Origin: Bacteroidota bacterium
Lineage (GTDB): Bacteria; Bacteroidota; Bacteroidia; AKYH767-A; OLB10
Length of the DNA stretch: 63,519 nt
Assembly (NCBI GenBank): GCA_029547265.1
Contig: JAKPPP010000183.1
Coordinates: forward strand, 1-63,519
Direction: 5' to 3'
A model generated the notes under the pieces. That model saw only the letters and a program-made list of their open reading frames with translations. It was not told the DNA's origin and searched no databases. The translations under genes and the position numbers were made by a program. Of this stretch, positions 20,330 to 30,013 are shown piece by piece (positions within the stretch are counted from its first letter, which is position 1; every line of letters starts with the position of its first letter).

Positions 20330-21592
20330 ATGAATTTTAAAGCTTGGTTAAGTTGGTATCGATCACTGCATTTATCGCGCAAGTGGTTTGTCATACTCAT
20401 TATTATCCGCCCTATCATCGATAACTTCTATGAATTGAAAGAGGCTTCAGTATTAGCTAGTCCTCTTTATATCGTTGGGGTACTTACACCGGTTTTAATT
20501 TTATTAAGTTACACGGCAAATAAATTCCCGAAACCTATACCGGCCGCTCAAGATTTTCCTTTAAAACTATTTGCATTCTTTCTTTTTGGAAATTGTTTGG
20601 TATTTTATGCAACACAGTTATCAGTAACTTCATTAGGTGACGTAGTAAAATACACAACACCAATTCTTCTCTATTTTTATTCACGCTCTTTCATTCAATC
20701 TAAACAAGATCTTGATGGAATTATTTTCGCCTGTCTTATTGCATGCATATTCCCTTTCGGAATGTTGATGTATGAATCGTTTGTAAATCCGATTGCGATT
20801 GAGTATATCAGTACAGGAAGAGGAGGAGGATCACGTATTAGGGGTGCTTATGCCGATATCATGAATTATGCAGTCTACATCGAGTTATTCTTCATAATTA
20901 TCAGTTATTGGTTCTTAGCTAATCTTTACGGAAGAGTGAAATTGAAAATAAATGCGGTTCACGTTGCGATAGCTTTGGTATTTGTTTTTTACGGACTAAC
21001 TCGAATTAAACACGTTTCTACTTGGACAGTAACCTTGGTTGTATTTGTGCTAATGATGATCCATAATTTAAGAAATGCTAGAGGATTTATATTTGTTATT
21101 GTTCTTATTACTATCATATCAGCCTTCTTTGCTGAAGACATTTACAACTCTCAGATCGAACCATTAATCGGGAAAGAGTTACGTGTTGTTGACGGAGAAA
21201 GTGAATCAAGTCAGGCATTAAATGGAAGGATGAGCAGATGGGAAAGGTATTTCGAAATTTGGGAACAAATGCCAATGTCGAATCACTTCATCGGAATTAC
21301 AACAGCCAACTTCCCCGAAACTGACAATATGATAGGTGCAGGAATGCACTCTGATTATGTGCGACTATTATTCTTAACCGGATTTATCGGTGTTGGAGCT
21401 TATGTATTTTTTATTCTTGCTGTAGCAACAAGGTATTCGCAATTGAGAATGCCAGAGAAATTTTTACTTTCCGCTACAGTCGTCTCCATTTTATTATGGT
21501 CGGTAAGTACAATTCCTACGCTTTACGCTCCTCTACTCTACTTTACTTATCCTGTTTTTGCATACGCATTACTTCCAAAAAAGCTACAATAA
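20330..21592 (+). CDS. Wzy polymerase / O-antigen ligase-like membrane protein
   Basis: ~10-11 hydrophobic segments, periplasmic loop NGR..RW...G..HSDY...L...GFIG typical of Wzy_C. Confidence 0.75.
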   Translation: MNFKAWLSWYRSLHLSRKWFVILIIIRPIIDNFYELKEASVLASPLYIVGVLTPVLILLSYTANKFPKPIPAAQDFPLKLFAFFLFGNCLVFYATQLSVTSLGDVVKYTTPILLYFYSRSFIQSKQDLDGIIFACLIACIFPFGMLMYESFVNPIAIEYISTGRGGGSRIRGAYADIMNYAVYIELFFIIISYWFLANLYGRVKLKINAVHVAIALVFVFYGLTRIKHVSTWTVTLVVFVLMMIHNLRNARGFIFVIVLITIISAFFAEDIYNSQIEPLIGKELRVVDGESESSQALNGRMSRWERYFEIWEQMPMSNHFIGITTANFPETDNMIGAGMHSDYVRLLFLTGFIGVGAYVFFILAVATRYSQLRMPEKFLLSATVVSILLWSVSTIPTLYAPLLYFTYPVFAYALLPKKLQ

Positions 21593-21593
21593 G

Positions 21594-22703
21594 ATGGAAA
21601 GCGCAAAAGACACGATTATGATTTTAGGAAAGGTTCCTCCTCCTTATATGGGACCTTCAATAGCAACGGAACTACTACTTAAATCGGGATTAAATAATCA
21701 TTTTAATTTAGTTCATGTTGACACTAAAATAAATGATGATTTAAGAAATATTGGCAAATGGAGTTTTGGCAAACTCAAAAAAAACTTGAGTATTTATTCA
21801 TCCATGATCAAAAAGATCAACTTGAATAAACCCAAACTAGTTTTAATTCCTTTTAGCCAAAGTACAATTGGTTTCTTAAAAGATTCAGTTTTTATTTGGA
21901 TCGGAATAATAAAAGGCAAGAAAGTATTACTTCACTTAAGAGGAAGTGATTTCAAAAGATGGATAAATACAACATCTCCATTAACGAGATGGTTTGTAAA
22001 ATCTACTCTTAAAAAAACCGTCGGTGTAATTGTATTAGGGAATAACTTGAGATACTTATTCGAGGGATATTATCCTGACAATAAAATATTTGTTTGTCCT
22101 AACGGAGGAACCTATAAGATACCGACAAGAATCAAAGAAAATAAATTACCATTAAGAGTATTATATCTCGGCAACCTTCAACCCTCAAAAGGAATTGAAG
22201 ATGTAATTGAATCCGCATCAATACTTAAGAAAGAAGGTGTAAAAGATTTCGAATATGAAATTATAGGTGGATGGCGAAAAGATGATGTAAAAGAAAGATG
22301 CTTGAAGACAGTGGAAGAAGAGAATCTTCCTGTAAAGTTCTTTCCACCGGAAGCCAGCAAAGAAAAGTTTAATTTGATGGCGGATGCCGATATTTTTCTT
22401 TTTCCACCGAGAGAACCCGAAGGACACCCTTGGGTAATTGTTGAAGCGATGGCCTCATCTCTACCAATAATAAGTACTGACCAAGGTGCAATTATTGAAT
22501 CGGTTATTGATGGATATAACGGTTACGTAGTACCGTCGAAATCACCTAACGAAATTGCAGCCAAAGTAAAAAACCTATTAACCAATGATGAATTGAGAAA
22601 TACTATGGCAAAGGCTTCTCATGCTCATTATAAAAAAGAATTTACTGAAGAAAGAATGGTGGAGAAATTAACCAACATCTTTAATTCAGTTATTAAAAAC
22701 TAA
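21594..22703 (+). CDS. Glycosyltransferase family 4
   Basis: PPPYMG, LHLRG, LYLGNL..SKG, EGHPWVIVEAMA..LPII; start set at ATG 21594. Confidence 0.92.
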   Translation: MESAKDTIMILGKVPPPYMGPSIATELLLKSGLNNHFNLVHVDTKINDDLRNIGKWSFGKLKKNLSIYSSMIKKINLNKPKLVLIPFSQSTIGFLKDSVFIWIGIIKGKKVLLHLRGSDFKRWINTTSPLTRWFVKSTLKKTVGVIVLGNNLRYLFEGYYPDNKIFVCPNGGTYKIPTRIKENKLPLRVLYLGNLQPSKGIEDVIESASILKKEGVKDFEYEIIGGWRKDDVKERCLKTVEEENLPVKFFPPEASKEKFNLMADADIFLFPPREPEGHPWVIVEAMASSLPIISTDQGAIIESVIDGYNGYVVPSKSPNEIAAKVKNLLTNDELRNTMAKASHAHYKKEFTEERMVEKLTNIFNSVIKN

Positions 22704-22706
22704 ACG

Positions 22707-24836
22707 ATGGAACAACTGACTCAAAGTTTAAAAGACGGCAAGATGGAAATTCTTGAAGTTCCTTTTCCTGCACTAAATGCAGGTCAGGTTTTAGTTCGAA
22801 ATCACTACTCACTAATCAGTGCAGGCACAGAAGGCAAAACTGTTAAAGATGCTCGATTAGGATATTTAGGAAAAGCAAGAGCCCGCAAGGATGAAGTTAA
22901 GAAAGTGATACAATCAGCTCGTACTTTAGGAGTATTTGAAACATATCGCTTAGTGATGAATAAACTAGATGCTCCTAGTGCATTGGGTTATAGCTGTGCG
23001 GGTGAAATAATTGCGGTTGCGGATGATGTTAGAGATTTTAAAATTGGCGACAAAGTAGCCTGTGGCGGAGCGGGTGCTGTTCATGCTGAAGTAGTAGCAA
23101 TTCCAGTGAACTTGTGCGTTAAAATAGATGATACAGTATCATTGTCACATGCTGCATTTACAACAGTTGGCTCAATTGCGATGCAAGGCGTTCGACAAGC
23201 AGATTTACGACTAGGCGAAAATTGTGTAGTAATCGGATTAGGACTAGTAGGACAATTAACAGTACAACTTTTAAATGCATCAGGAATAAAGACTGTCGGA
23301 ATTGACATTGATAAAGCTCAATGCAATTTAGCGATCGCCTCAGGTGCAGAGTTAAGCTTTCAGCGAAATGAAGAGCAACTCGAACAAGCTATTCTTAATT
23401 TCACGAATGGATACGGTGCAGATGCAGTAATTATCACAGCAGGTACATCATCGAATGATCCAATTGACTTAGCAGGAGTTCTATGCAGGAGAAAAGGAAA
23501 GGTAATAATTGTTGGTGCTGTGCCTACCGGATTTAGTAGGAAAAATTACTACAATAAAGAACTCGAATTAAGAATGTCGTGTTCTTATGGTCCGGGACGA
23601 TATGATTCGGAATACGAAGAAAAGGGAATTGATTATCCTCAAGCTTATGTGCGTTGGACAGAAAACAGGAATATGCAAGCTTTTGCAGAACTCCTTAGAC
23701 TTAAGAAAATAAATCCTGAAAAGCTATTAACGCATACCTTCAATTTTCAAGAAGCTAAAAACGCCTATCAACTAATAGTAGATCGTACAGAACCTTTTGT
23801 GGGCATCGTTTTAAAATATGATACAGCAAAAGCACTTAGCGATAAGGTATTTACAAAACAAATTTCTACTCCTATTTCAGAGGTAAAACTAGGAATGATA
23901 GGTGCCGGTTCTTTCGGACAAAATTTTCTTTTACCGGCATTAAAAGGTAAAGTAAATTTTGTTGGAGTTGCAACTGCTCGTCCAAATAACGCTCGAAATG
24001 TAGCCGATAAATACGGATTTGAATTTTGTACAGGGAATGCTGACGAAGTAATCTCAAATGAAAAAGTAAATACTTTATTCATTGCTACTCGACATAATAC
24101 TCACGGTGAATATGTACTTAAAGGTTTAAAAGCCAACAAAAACGTATTTGTCGAAAAACCATTATGTATGTCGATCGATGAACTACTTGCAATTAAGGAA
24201 GCTAAATCGAAAACGAATGCTCAAGTAATGGTTGGATTTAACCGACGTTTTGCTCCACTTATCACGAAGTTAAAAGCATCTTTAAACAACTCAATTCCAT
24301 CGGCGATATTATACCGAATAAATGCAGGCATTATGCCTCCTGATCATTGGATACATGACCCTGAAGTTGGAGGAGGTAGAATCATAGGTGAAGTATGTCA
24401 CTTTATTGATTTATGCAGTTTCTTGTGCAGTTCACCTATTGAACATGTATCGGCGCAAGCCATGAAAGATGCACATCATAATAACGATAGTGTCGCAATC
24501 AACTTAGGATTCAAAAACGGAAGCATTGCAACAATCAGCTATTTTTCAAATGGGAATAAAGAATTTGCAAAAGAGTACATAGAAGTATTTAATGGAGGTC
24601 TGATTGCTAAAATCGAAGACTTTACTACACTAAGTGTTTACGGAAAGAATAAGAATATCACTAAGTCGAATCAAGACAAAGGACATAAAAACGAAGTTAC
24701 TGAATTCATCAGTGCGTTAAGCAAGGGCAAAGAATTACCAATTTCATTTGAGGAAATTTACAATAGCACATTTGCAACATTTGCAGTGTTGGATTCAATC
24801 AGTAATAACGGACAAAAAATCGTACTTCCTGAATGA
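22707..24836 (+). CDS. Bi-domain oxidoreductase (MDR/Zn-ADH-like + Gfo/Idh/MocA)
   Basis: SLISAGTE, LGYSCAG, GLGLVG, SYGPGRYD; then IGAGSF, VEKP, VGFNRRFAP, GGGRIIGEVCHFID. Confidence 0.9.
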   Translation: MEQLTQSLKDGKMEILEVPFPALNAGQVLVRNHYSLISAGTEGKTVKDARLGYLGKARARKDEVKKVIQSARTLGVFETYRLVMNKLDAPSALGYSCAGEIIAVADDVRDFKIGDKVACGGAGAVHAEVVAIPVNLCVKIDDTVSLSHAAFTTVGSIAMQGVRQADLRLGENCVVIGLGLVGQLTVQLLNASGIKTVGIDIDKAQCNLAIASGAELSFQRNEEQLEQAILNFTNGYGADAVIITAGTSSNDPIDLAGVLCRRKGKVIIVGAVPTGFSRKNYYNKELELRMSCSYGPGRYDSEYEEKGIDYPQAYVRWTENRNMQAFAELLRLKKINPEKLLTHTFNFQEAKNAYQLIVDRTEPFVGIVLKYDTAKALSDKVFTKQISTPISEVKLGMIGAGSFGQNFLLPALKGKVNFVGVATARPNNARNVADKYGFEFCTGNADEVISNEKVNTLFIATRHNTHGEYVLKGLKANKNVFVEKPLCMSIDELLAIKEAKSKTNAQVMVGFNRRFAPLITKLKASLNNSIPSAILYRINAGIMPPDHWIHDPEVGGGRIIGEVCHFIDLCSFLCSSPIEHVSAQAMKDAHHNNDSVAINLGFKNGSIATISYFSNGNKEFAKEYIEVFNGGLIAKIEDFTTLSVYGKNKNITKSNQDKGHKNEVTEFISALSKGKELPISFEEIYNSTFATFAVLDSISNNGQKIVLPE

Positions 24837-25990
24837 AAACAATAAAGGATGCAGCTGATAAATTAATTCATTATATTGAGTCGGAAAACTACAAAGGTTA
24901 CGACCCATATGATGGACTGCACTCCTATTTATTTTCAATTCCATTTTTAGGAACAAATAAAAAAATCCGATTCCTCGGACAACAATTCATCAAGCGCTTC
25001 CCATTAAACGTTCGCCCGTTGCTTGGAATTCATAAAGGACTTAATCCTGTAACAGCGGGTTTATGTTTACAAGCCTATGGTAATATGTGGGAATCGGGAT
25101 TATACGACAAGAAATCATTACAAGAAAAAATAAATTTCTTGATTGAATACTTAGACAAGACTTCATCGAAGAAATTCCATGGAAGATGTTGGGGATATGA
25201 TTTTGATTGGCAAGCAAGATATGCCGATATCCCTGCATTTGAGCCTACAGTTGTAGCAACTGGATTTATCACAAATGCACTTTATCGACTCTATCAACAA
25301 ACAGGGAATATCACTGCTAAAGAATGGGTTATATCAGCTTGTGATTTTGTGCTGAGTGATTTGAATAAATCATTCGACACAGAAGGCGATTTTTGTTTTT
25401 CATACTCCCCGTTCGACAAAGAACAAGTTTTCAATGCAAGCATGAAAGGAGCTAGACTCCTTGCTCAAGGTTATGATTTAACAAAACAAGAAAACTTCAA
25501 AACACAATCACGATCTGCTGTTGCTTGGATAATGAAACATCAACGAAGTGACGGAGCTTGGATTTACTCTAATAGCAAAGCAGGGACATGGATCGACAAT
25601 TATCATACAGGATATAATCTTGATTGCTTAGAAGCATACACAAAGTTATGCAACGACAATACATTTCAAGAACAATTGAACAAAGGATTAGAATTTTACA
25701 AACTGAATTTCTTTGAGAAATCGGGACAACCTAAATTCTATGATAAGGAAGCTTGGCCTGCCGATTGTACAGCAGCCGGACAATCAATCTTAACACTCTG
25801 CAGGTTCAATGAAATTGAAATGGCCAAGAAATGCGCCGAATGGACCATTCAAAATATGCAAGACCAAAAAGGATATTTCTATTTCAGAAAATTCTCGAAT
25901 AGAATAACTAAAACATCGTTTATGAGATGGTCAAATGCATGGATGGCAGCAGCACTTACGGAGATAACAACAGCTGATACGAGAAAATAA
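24833..25990 (+). CDS. (alpha/alpha)6-barrel protein of polysaccharide loci (epimerase/hydrolase-like)
   Basis: GYDPYDGL, WGYDFDWQAR, repeated Q..DG.W.Y units, IDNYHTG, MRWSNAWM. Confidence 0.65.
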   Translation: MKTIKDAADKLIHYIESENYKGYDPYDGLHSYLFSIPFLGTNKKIRFLGQQFIKRFPLNVRPLLGIHKGLNPVTAGLCLQAYGNMWESGLYDKKSLQEKINFLIEYLDKTSSKKFHGRCWGYDFDWQARYADIPAFEPTVVATGFITNALYRLYQQTGNITAKEWVISACDFVLSDLNKSFDTEGDFCFSYSPFDKEQVFNASMKGARLLAQGYDLTKQENFKTQSRSAVAWIMKHQRSDGAWIYSNSKAGTWIDNYHTGYNLDCLEAYTKLCNDNTFQEQLNKGLEFYKLNFFEKSGQPKFYDKEAWPADCTAAGQSILTLCRFNEIEMAKKCAEWTIQNMQDQKGYFYFRKFSNRITKTSFMRWSNAWMAAALTEITTADTRK

Positions 25991-26755
25991 ATGGAACGCG
26001 ATTTCACACTTAAGATATATACTGAACTGCTGGAAACAGCTTTACAGAAAGGCTATACTCTTTCTGCTTATGAGAATTTTGTACGAGGAGAAATCACTAA
26101 TAACAAAGTATACATTCTTCGTCATGATGTAGATGACCTACCTTACAACTCAGTAAGAACAGCTGAAATCGAAAAGTCATTGGGAGGACGAGGTGTTTAT
26201 TATTTTAGAATAGTCAAACAAAGTAATGTTCCGGATGCGATAGAGAAAATTGCAGCAATGGGACATGAAATCGGCTACCACTATGAAGACTTAGCGCTTT
26301 GTCATGGTAATTATGAAAAAGCATATGAGCAATTCTTAAGTAACTTAGAATACTTCAGAAAGTACTATCCTGTAAAAACAATTTGTATGCATGGTAGTCC
26401 GATGTCGAAATGGGACAACAGAAAAATTTGGGATAAATACGATTATAAATCATCAAACATCATTGCTGAACCTTATTTCGATACAGACTTTAATAAGATG
26501 TTATATATCACTGACACATCTCGTCATTGGAATGGCAGCAGCTATTCTATACGTGATAAAGTTGATGGATTGCAAGCGAATATTTCATCTACACGCAACC
26601 TGATTGAACAGTTGAAATCAGGAATGTTATCAAATCAAATAATGATGAATATCCATCCTCAGCGATGGCATGATAATATTGCAGGATGGGGAAAAGAGCT
26701 GATATTGCAATCAACTAAAAATGTGGTTAAGAAAATGATCAGTACAAATAAATAA
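25991..26755 (+). CDS. Polysaccharide deacetylase-like (NodB fold) protein
   Basis: ILRHDVD, GHEIGYHYE, MHGSP, HPQRW. Confidence 0.7.
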   Translation: MERDFTLKIYTELLETALQKGYTLSAYENFVRGEITNNKVYILRHDVDDLPYNSVRTAEIEKSLGGRGVYYFRIVKQSNVPDAIEKIAAMGHEIGYHYEDLALCHGNYEKAYEQFLSNLEYFRKYYPVKTICMHGSPMSKWDNRKIWDKYDYKSSNIIAEPYFDTDFNKMLYITDTSRHWNGSSYSIRDKVDGLQANISSTRNLIEQLKSGMLSNQIMMNIHPQRWHDNIAGWGKELILQSTKNVVKKMISTNK

Positions 26756-26758
26756 GCC

Positions 26759-27802
26759 ATGCTTGTTAAGAAAGAACGAATTCCGGTACTCCAATTATTA
26801 TTTGTAGGAATGCTTCCTTCTCCTCTGAAGAAAGCATATTACAGAATGAAGGGCTACAAAATCGGAAAGAATGTATCCATTAGTTTGGGCGCGGTTATCA
26901 TCGGAAAAAATGTATCTATTGGAGACGGAGTGAAAATCGGATTCCTCACAATGATCAGATCAAAAGAAATTGATATCCGTCGATTTGTAAAAATAGGATC
27001 AATGTCGGTGATCGATACCGAGAAATTATTTATTGATGATGATGCGCGCATAAACGAACAAGTATTTATTGGCGGAATGAAAACGCCACATAGTTCTTTG
27101 CACCTTGGCAAACGTACTATCATTATGCAACTCAGTTACCTTAACCCTACTCTACCGATTAAAATTGACGACGATTCAGGAGTAGGTGGTCACTGTTTGT
27201 TTTTCACACATGGATCATGGAATAATCAACTGGAAGGTTATCCCGTTAAATTTGCTCCTATCACATTAGGTAAAAAAGTTTGGCTTCCTTGGCGCGTATT
27301 TTTAATGCCGGGAGTTACTATAGGCGACAATGTTGTTATTGGAGCAAATTCATTAATCAGCAGTGATATTCCTTCGAATTCTCTTGCAGCAGGTGCTCCT
27401 GCTAAAGTGATAAAACAGGATTTTCCTAAACGCCCCGACGAACAACAAAAAGCTGAAATGCTTAATACTATCTACAATGATTTCATTGAGTATTTAGTTT
27501 ATAGCGGAATCTCATTGGAAAAAATTGATAATTCAGGTGGATTCGATTTAAAGATTAATCAGCAAGGAAATAAGAGTATATTAAAATACAGCAGCAATAA
27601 TACTATAGAGGCTCCTAGTGACAGCAACAATGCCTTAGTAGTATATGAAGCTAACGAAGCACAAATCTCTTCCTATCTAAACTTAGGATGGAAAATGGTA
27701 TTGTCGATTAACAATAATTTACGAATCGGATCATCAGATGCCGGTGAAGAGATGGCTACATTCTTCTCCCGTTATGGTGTTCGTTTCAGCAGACTCGATT
27801 AA
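26759..27802 (+). CDS. Hexapeptide-repeat (left-handed beta-helix) acyltransferase with C-terminal extension
   Basis: IGKNVSI repeats, PITLGKKVWL, PGVTIGDNVVIGANS, GAPAKVIK. Confidence 0.85.
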   Translation: MLVKKERIPVLQLLFVGMLPSPLKKAYYRMKGYKIGKNVSISLGAVIIGKNVSIGDGVKIGFLTMIRSKEIDIRRFVKIGSMSVIDTEKLFIDDDARINEQVFIGGMKTPHSSLHLGKRTIIMQLSYLNPTLPIKIDDDSGVGGHCLFFTHGSWNNQLEGYPVKFAPITLGKKVWLPWRVFLMPGVTIGDNVVIGANSLISSDIPSNSLAAGAPAKVIKQDFPKRPDEQQKAEMLNTIYNDFIEYLVYSGISLEKIDNSGGFDLKINQQGNKSILKYSSNNTIEAPSDSNNALVVYEANEAQISSYLNLGWKMVLSINNNLRIGSSDAGEEMATFFSRYGVRFSRLD

Positions 27803-27805
27803 TTT

Positions 27806-28867
27806 ATGAAAGTATTATTTTACTTAGGTCACCCCGCACATTACCATTTGTTTAAACATGCCATAAAATCGTTTGGTAATGAAAGAGCAGTGGTATTAAT
27901 CAAATCGAAAGATATCCTCGAGAAATTGCTTCAAGAGGAAGGCGTGAACTATTTTAATATCGACGAGAAAGCGAAGCCTGCGAAAAACAAACTTGAGATC
28001 CTGCGCAACTTCGGAAAAAGGATGTTACGCATTGCTAAAATAGTTCGTCAGCATAAACCTAAATTATTAGCAGGTAGTGCAGCTGAATTAACTGTATTGG
28101 GTAAAATTTTCAGAATTCCTTCTTGTGTATTTTTTGAGGATGACTTCGAAAAAGTTGCCGACTTCGCAAAAATTGCGGGACCAATGGCAACGCATCTAAT
28201 TTGTCCAGATTGCTGCAGTGCTTGGAAATGGAATTATAAAAAAATCCCATATAACAGCTACCACGAATTAGCATACCTCCACCCCGATCACTTCACTCCT
28301 GACATCAATAAAGTGTCGAGCATATTCGACTTAAACACTAAGAACTATATTATTCGTTTCTCTGAACTTGGTGCATATCACGATGTAGGAAAATCAGGTA
28401 TCAACGATGAAATAGCATCACGATTAATTTCTATGCTCGAAAAGCATGGCAAAGTATACATCACTTCAGAGCGTAAACTTCCGCCGCAATTTGAGCCGTA
28501 TCGAATAGTAATAAGGGCTGCCGACATTCACCATGCATTATATTATGCTGATATGTTTATCGGCGATAGCCAAACAATGACAGCTGAATCGGCAGTGCTG
28601 GGAACGCCTGCTTTGCGCTTTAACGACTTCGTTGGAGAACTAGGTTACTTAGAAGATCTCGAGCACGTGTATGGACTTACATATGGAGTTCGAACCAATA
28701 ATGTAGAAGGACTTTACACTAAACTCGACGAGCTATTGTCTGATCAGAATCTTAAGGAAACCTTCGCTGAAAGGAGAAAAACAATGTTGGCTGCAAAGAT
28801 GAACTTTGCAGATTGGATGATTCGCTTTATGAATAATTACCCGAAGAGTATCCCGGCTAAAAACTAA
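27806..28867 (+). CDS. DUF354 family GT-B-like protein
   Basis: HPAHYHLFK, YHELAYLHP..F.P, GDSQTM..E.A.LGTP. Confidence 0.82.
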   Translation: MKVLFYLGHPAHYHLFKHAIKSFGNERAVVLIKSKDILEKLLQEEGVNYFNIDEKAKPAKNKLEILRNFGKRMLRIAKIVRQHKPKLLAGSAAELTVLGKIFRIPSCVFFEDDFEKVADFAKIAGPMATHLICPDCCSAWKWNYKKIPYNSYHELAYLHPDHFTPDINKVSSIFDLNTKNYIIRFSELGAYHDVGKSGINDEIASRLISMLEKHGKVYITSERKLPPQFEPYRIVIRAADIHHALYYADMFIGDSQTMTAESAVLGTPALRFNDFVGELGYLEDLEHVYGLTYGVRTNNVEGLYTKLDELLSDQNLKETFAERRKTMLAAKMNFADWMIRFMNNYPKSIPAKN

Positions 28868-28870
28868 CGT

Positions 28871-30004
28871 TTACGCCTTAACTAAAAATAATTCTTTTAG
28901 TTTTTCAAGTGTGTAATCGATTTCTTCTTTAGTATTAAATCTGCAAAAAGAAAATCTGATTGACGGACGAGTCATGTCGGCCTTAATGCCTCTTAGTACA
29001 TGAGATCCAATATCACTTCCTGATGAGCATGCACTTCCTGCAGAACAGGCAATTCCTGCTATATCGAGATTAAACAAAAGCATTTCGGCATTTTCTGTTG
29101 GAGGAAATGACACATTCAAAACAGTGTATAAGCTATTATCTGAAATATCACCGTTAAAGCGAACTCCCGGAATATCATTTACTAATTGCTCAGCCATATA
29201 ATTCTTAAGGCCTTTGATATGATCAACATCTTCTTGCATATCATTGTATGCAATTTCAAGTGCTTTTGCTAAACCGATAATCCCATAAACATTCTCGGTA
29301 CCTCCACGCATATTACGCTCTTGTGCACCACCGGTAATGAAAGGCTTAATTTTCACACGCTTATTGATGTATAAAAACCCTACACCTTTTGGACCATGAA
29401 ACTTATGTGCTGCACATGTCACGAAATCAACAGGTAAAGTCGACAAATCATGAGCGAAGTGTCCCATTGTTTGCACAGTATCAGAATGAAAAACCGCATC
29501 ATACTTACGACACAATTCCCCAACTTGTTGTAAAGGAATTAATGTCCCGATTTCATTATTCGCATGCATTAATGAAATAAAACTTCTGTCATTGTTTTTT
29601 AGCAACTCTTCTAAATGCACTAAATCGATATGACCTTGTTCATCAACATTTACGATACTTAGTTTTACATCACCTTTATGGGCAAGTTCTTCTAATGTAT
29701 GCAGTACTGCATGATGTTCTAGTGCTGAAGTAATTGCATGCTTTAATCCCAAATCATGAATTCCACATCTGATTGCCATATTATCGGCTTCAGTTCCACC
29801 CGAAGTAAAGAAAATTTCTGAAGGGCTTGTCTTGAGTAATGTTGCTACTTTTTTTCTCGCAGCTTCTACCGCTGAGCGAACTTCTCTGCCGAAAGCATGA
29901 ATAGAAGAAGGATTTCCAAATTGATTTCTCAATACGGGGATCATAGTTTCTACAACATCAGGATGTATCGCCGTTGTAGCAGCATTGTCAAGATAAACTT
30001 TCAT
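28871..30004 (-). CDS. iscS: Cysteine desulfurase (IscS/NifS)
   Basis: YLDNAATT, GNPSS, FTSGGTEADN, HANNEIG, AHKFHGPKG, SAGSACSSG. Confidence 0.96.
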   Translation of the reverse strand: MKVYLDNAATTAIHPDVVETMIPVLRNQFGNPSSIHAFGREVRSAVEAARKKVATLLKTSPSEIFFTSGGTEADNMAIRCGIHDLGLKHAITSALEHHAVLHTLEELAHKGDVKLSIVNVDEQGHIDLVHLEELLKNNDRSFISLMHANNEIGTLIPLQQVGELCRKYDAVFHSDTVQTMGHFAHDLSTLPVDFVTCAAHKFHGPKGVGFLYINKRVKIKPFITGGAQERNMRGGTENVYGIIGLAKALEIAYNDMQEDVDHIKGLKNYMAEQLVNDIPGVRFNGDISDNSLYTVLNVSFPPTENAEMLLFNLDIAGIACSAGSACSSGSDIGSHVLRGIKADMTRPSIRFSFCRFNTKEEIDYTLEKLKELFLVKA

Positions 30005-30013
30005 GGTTTGGGA

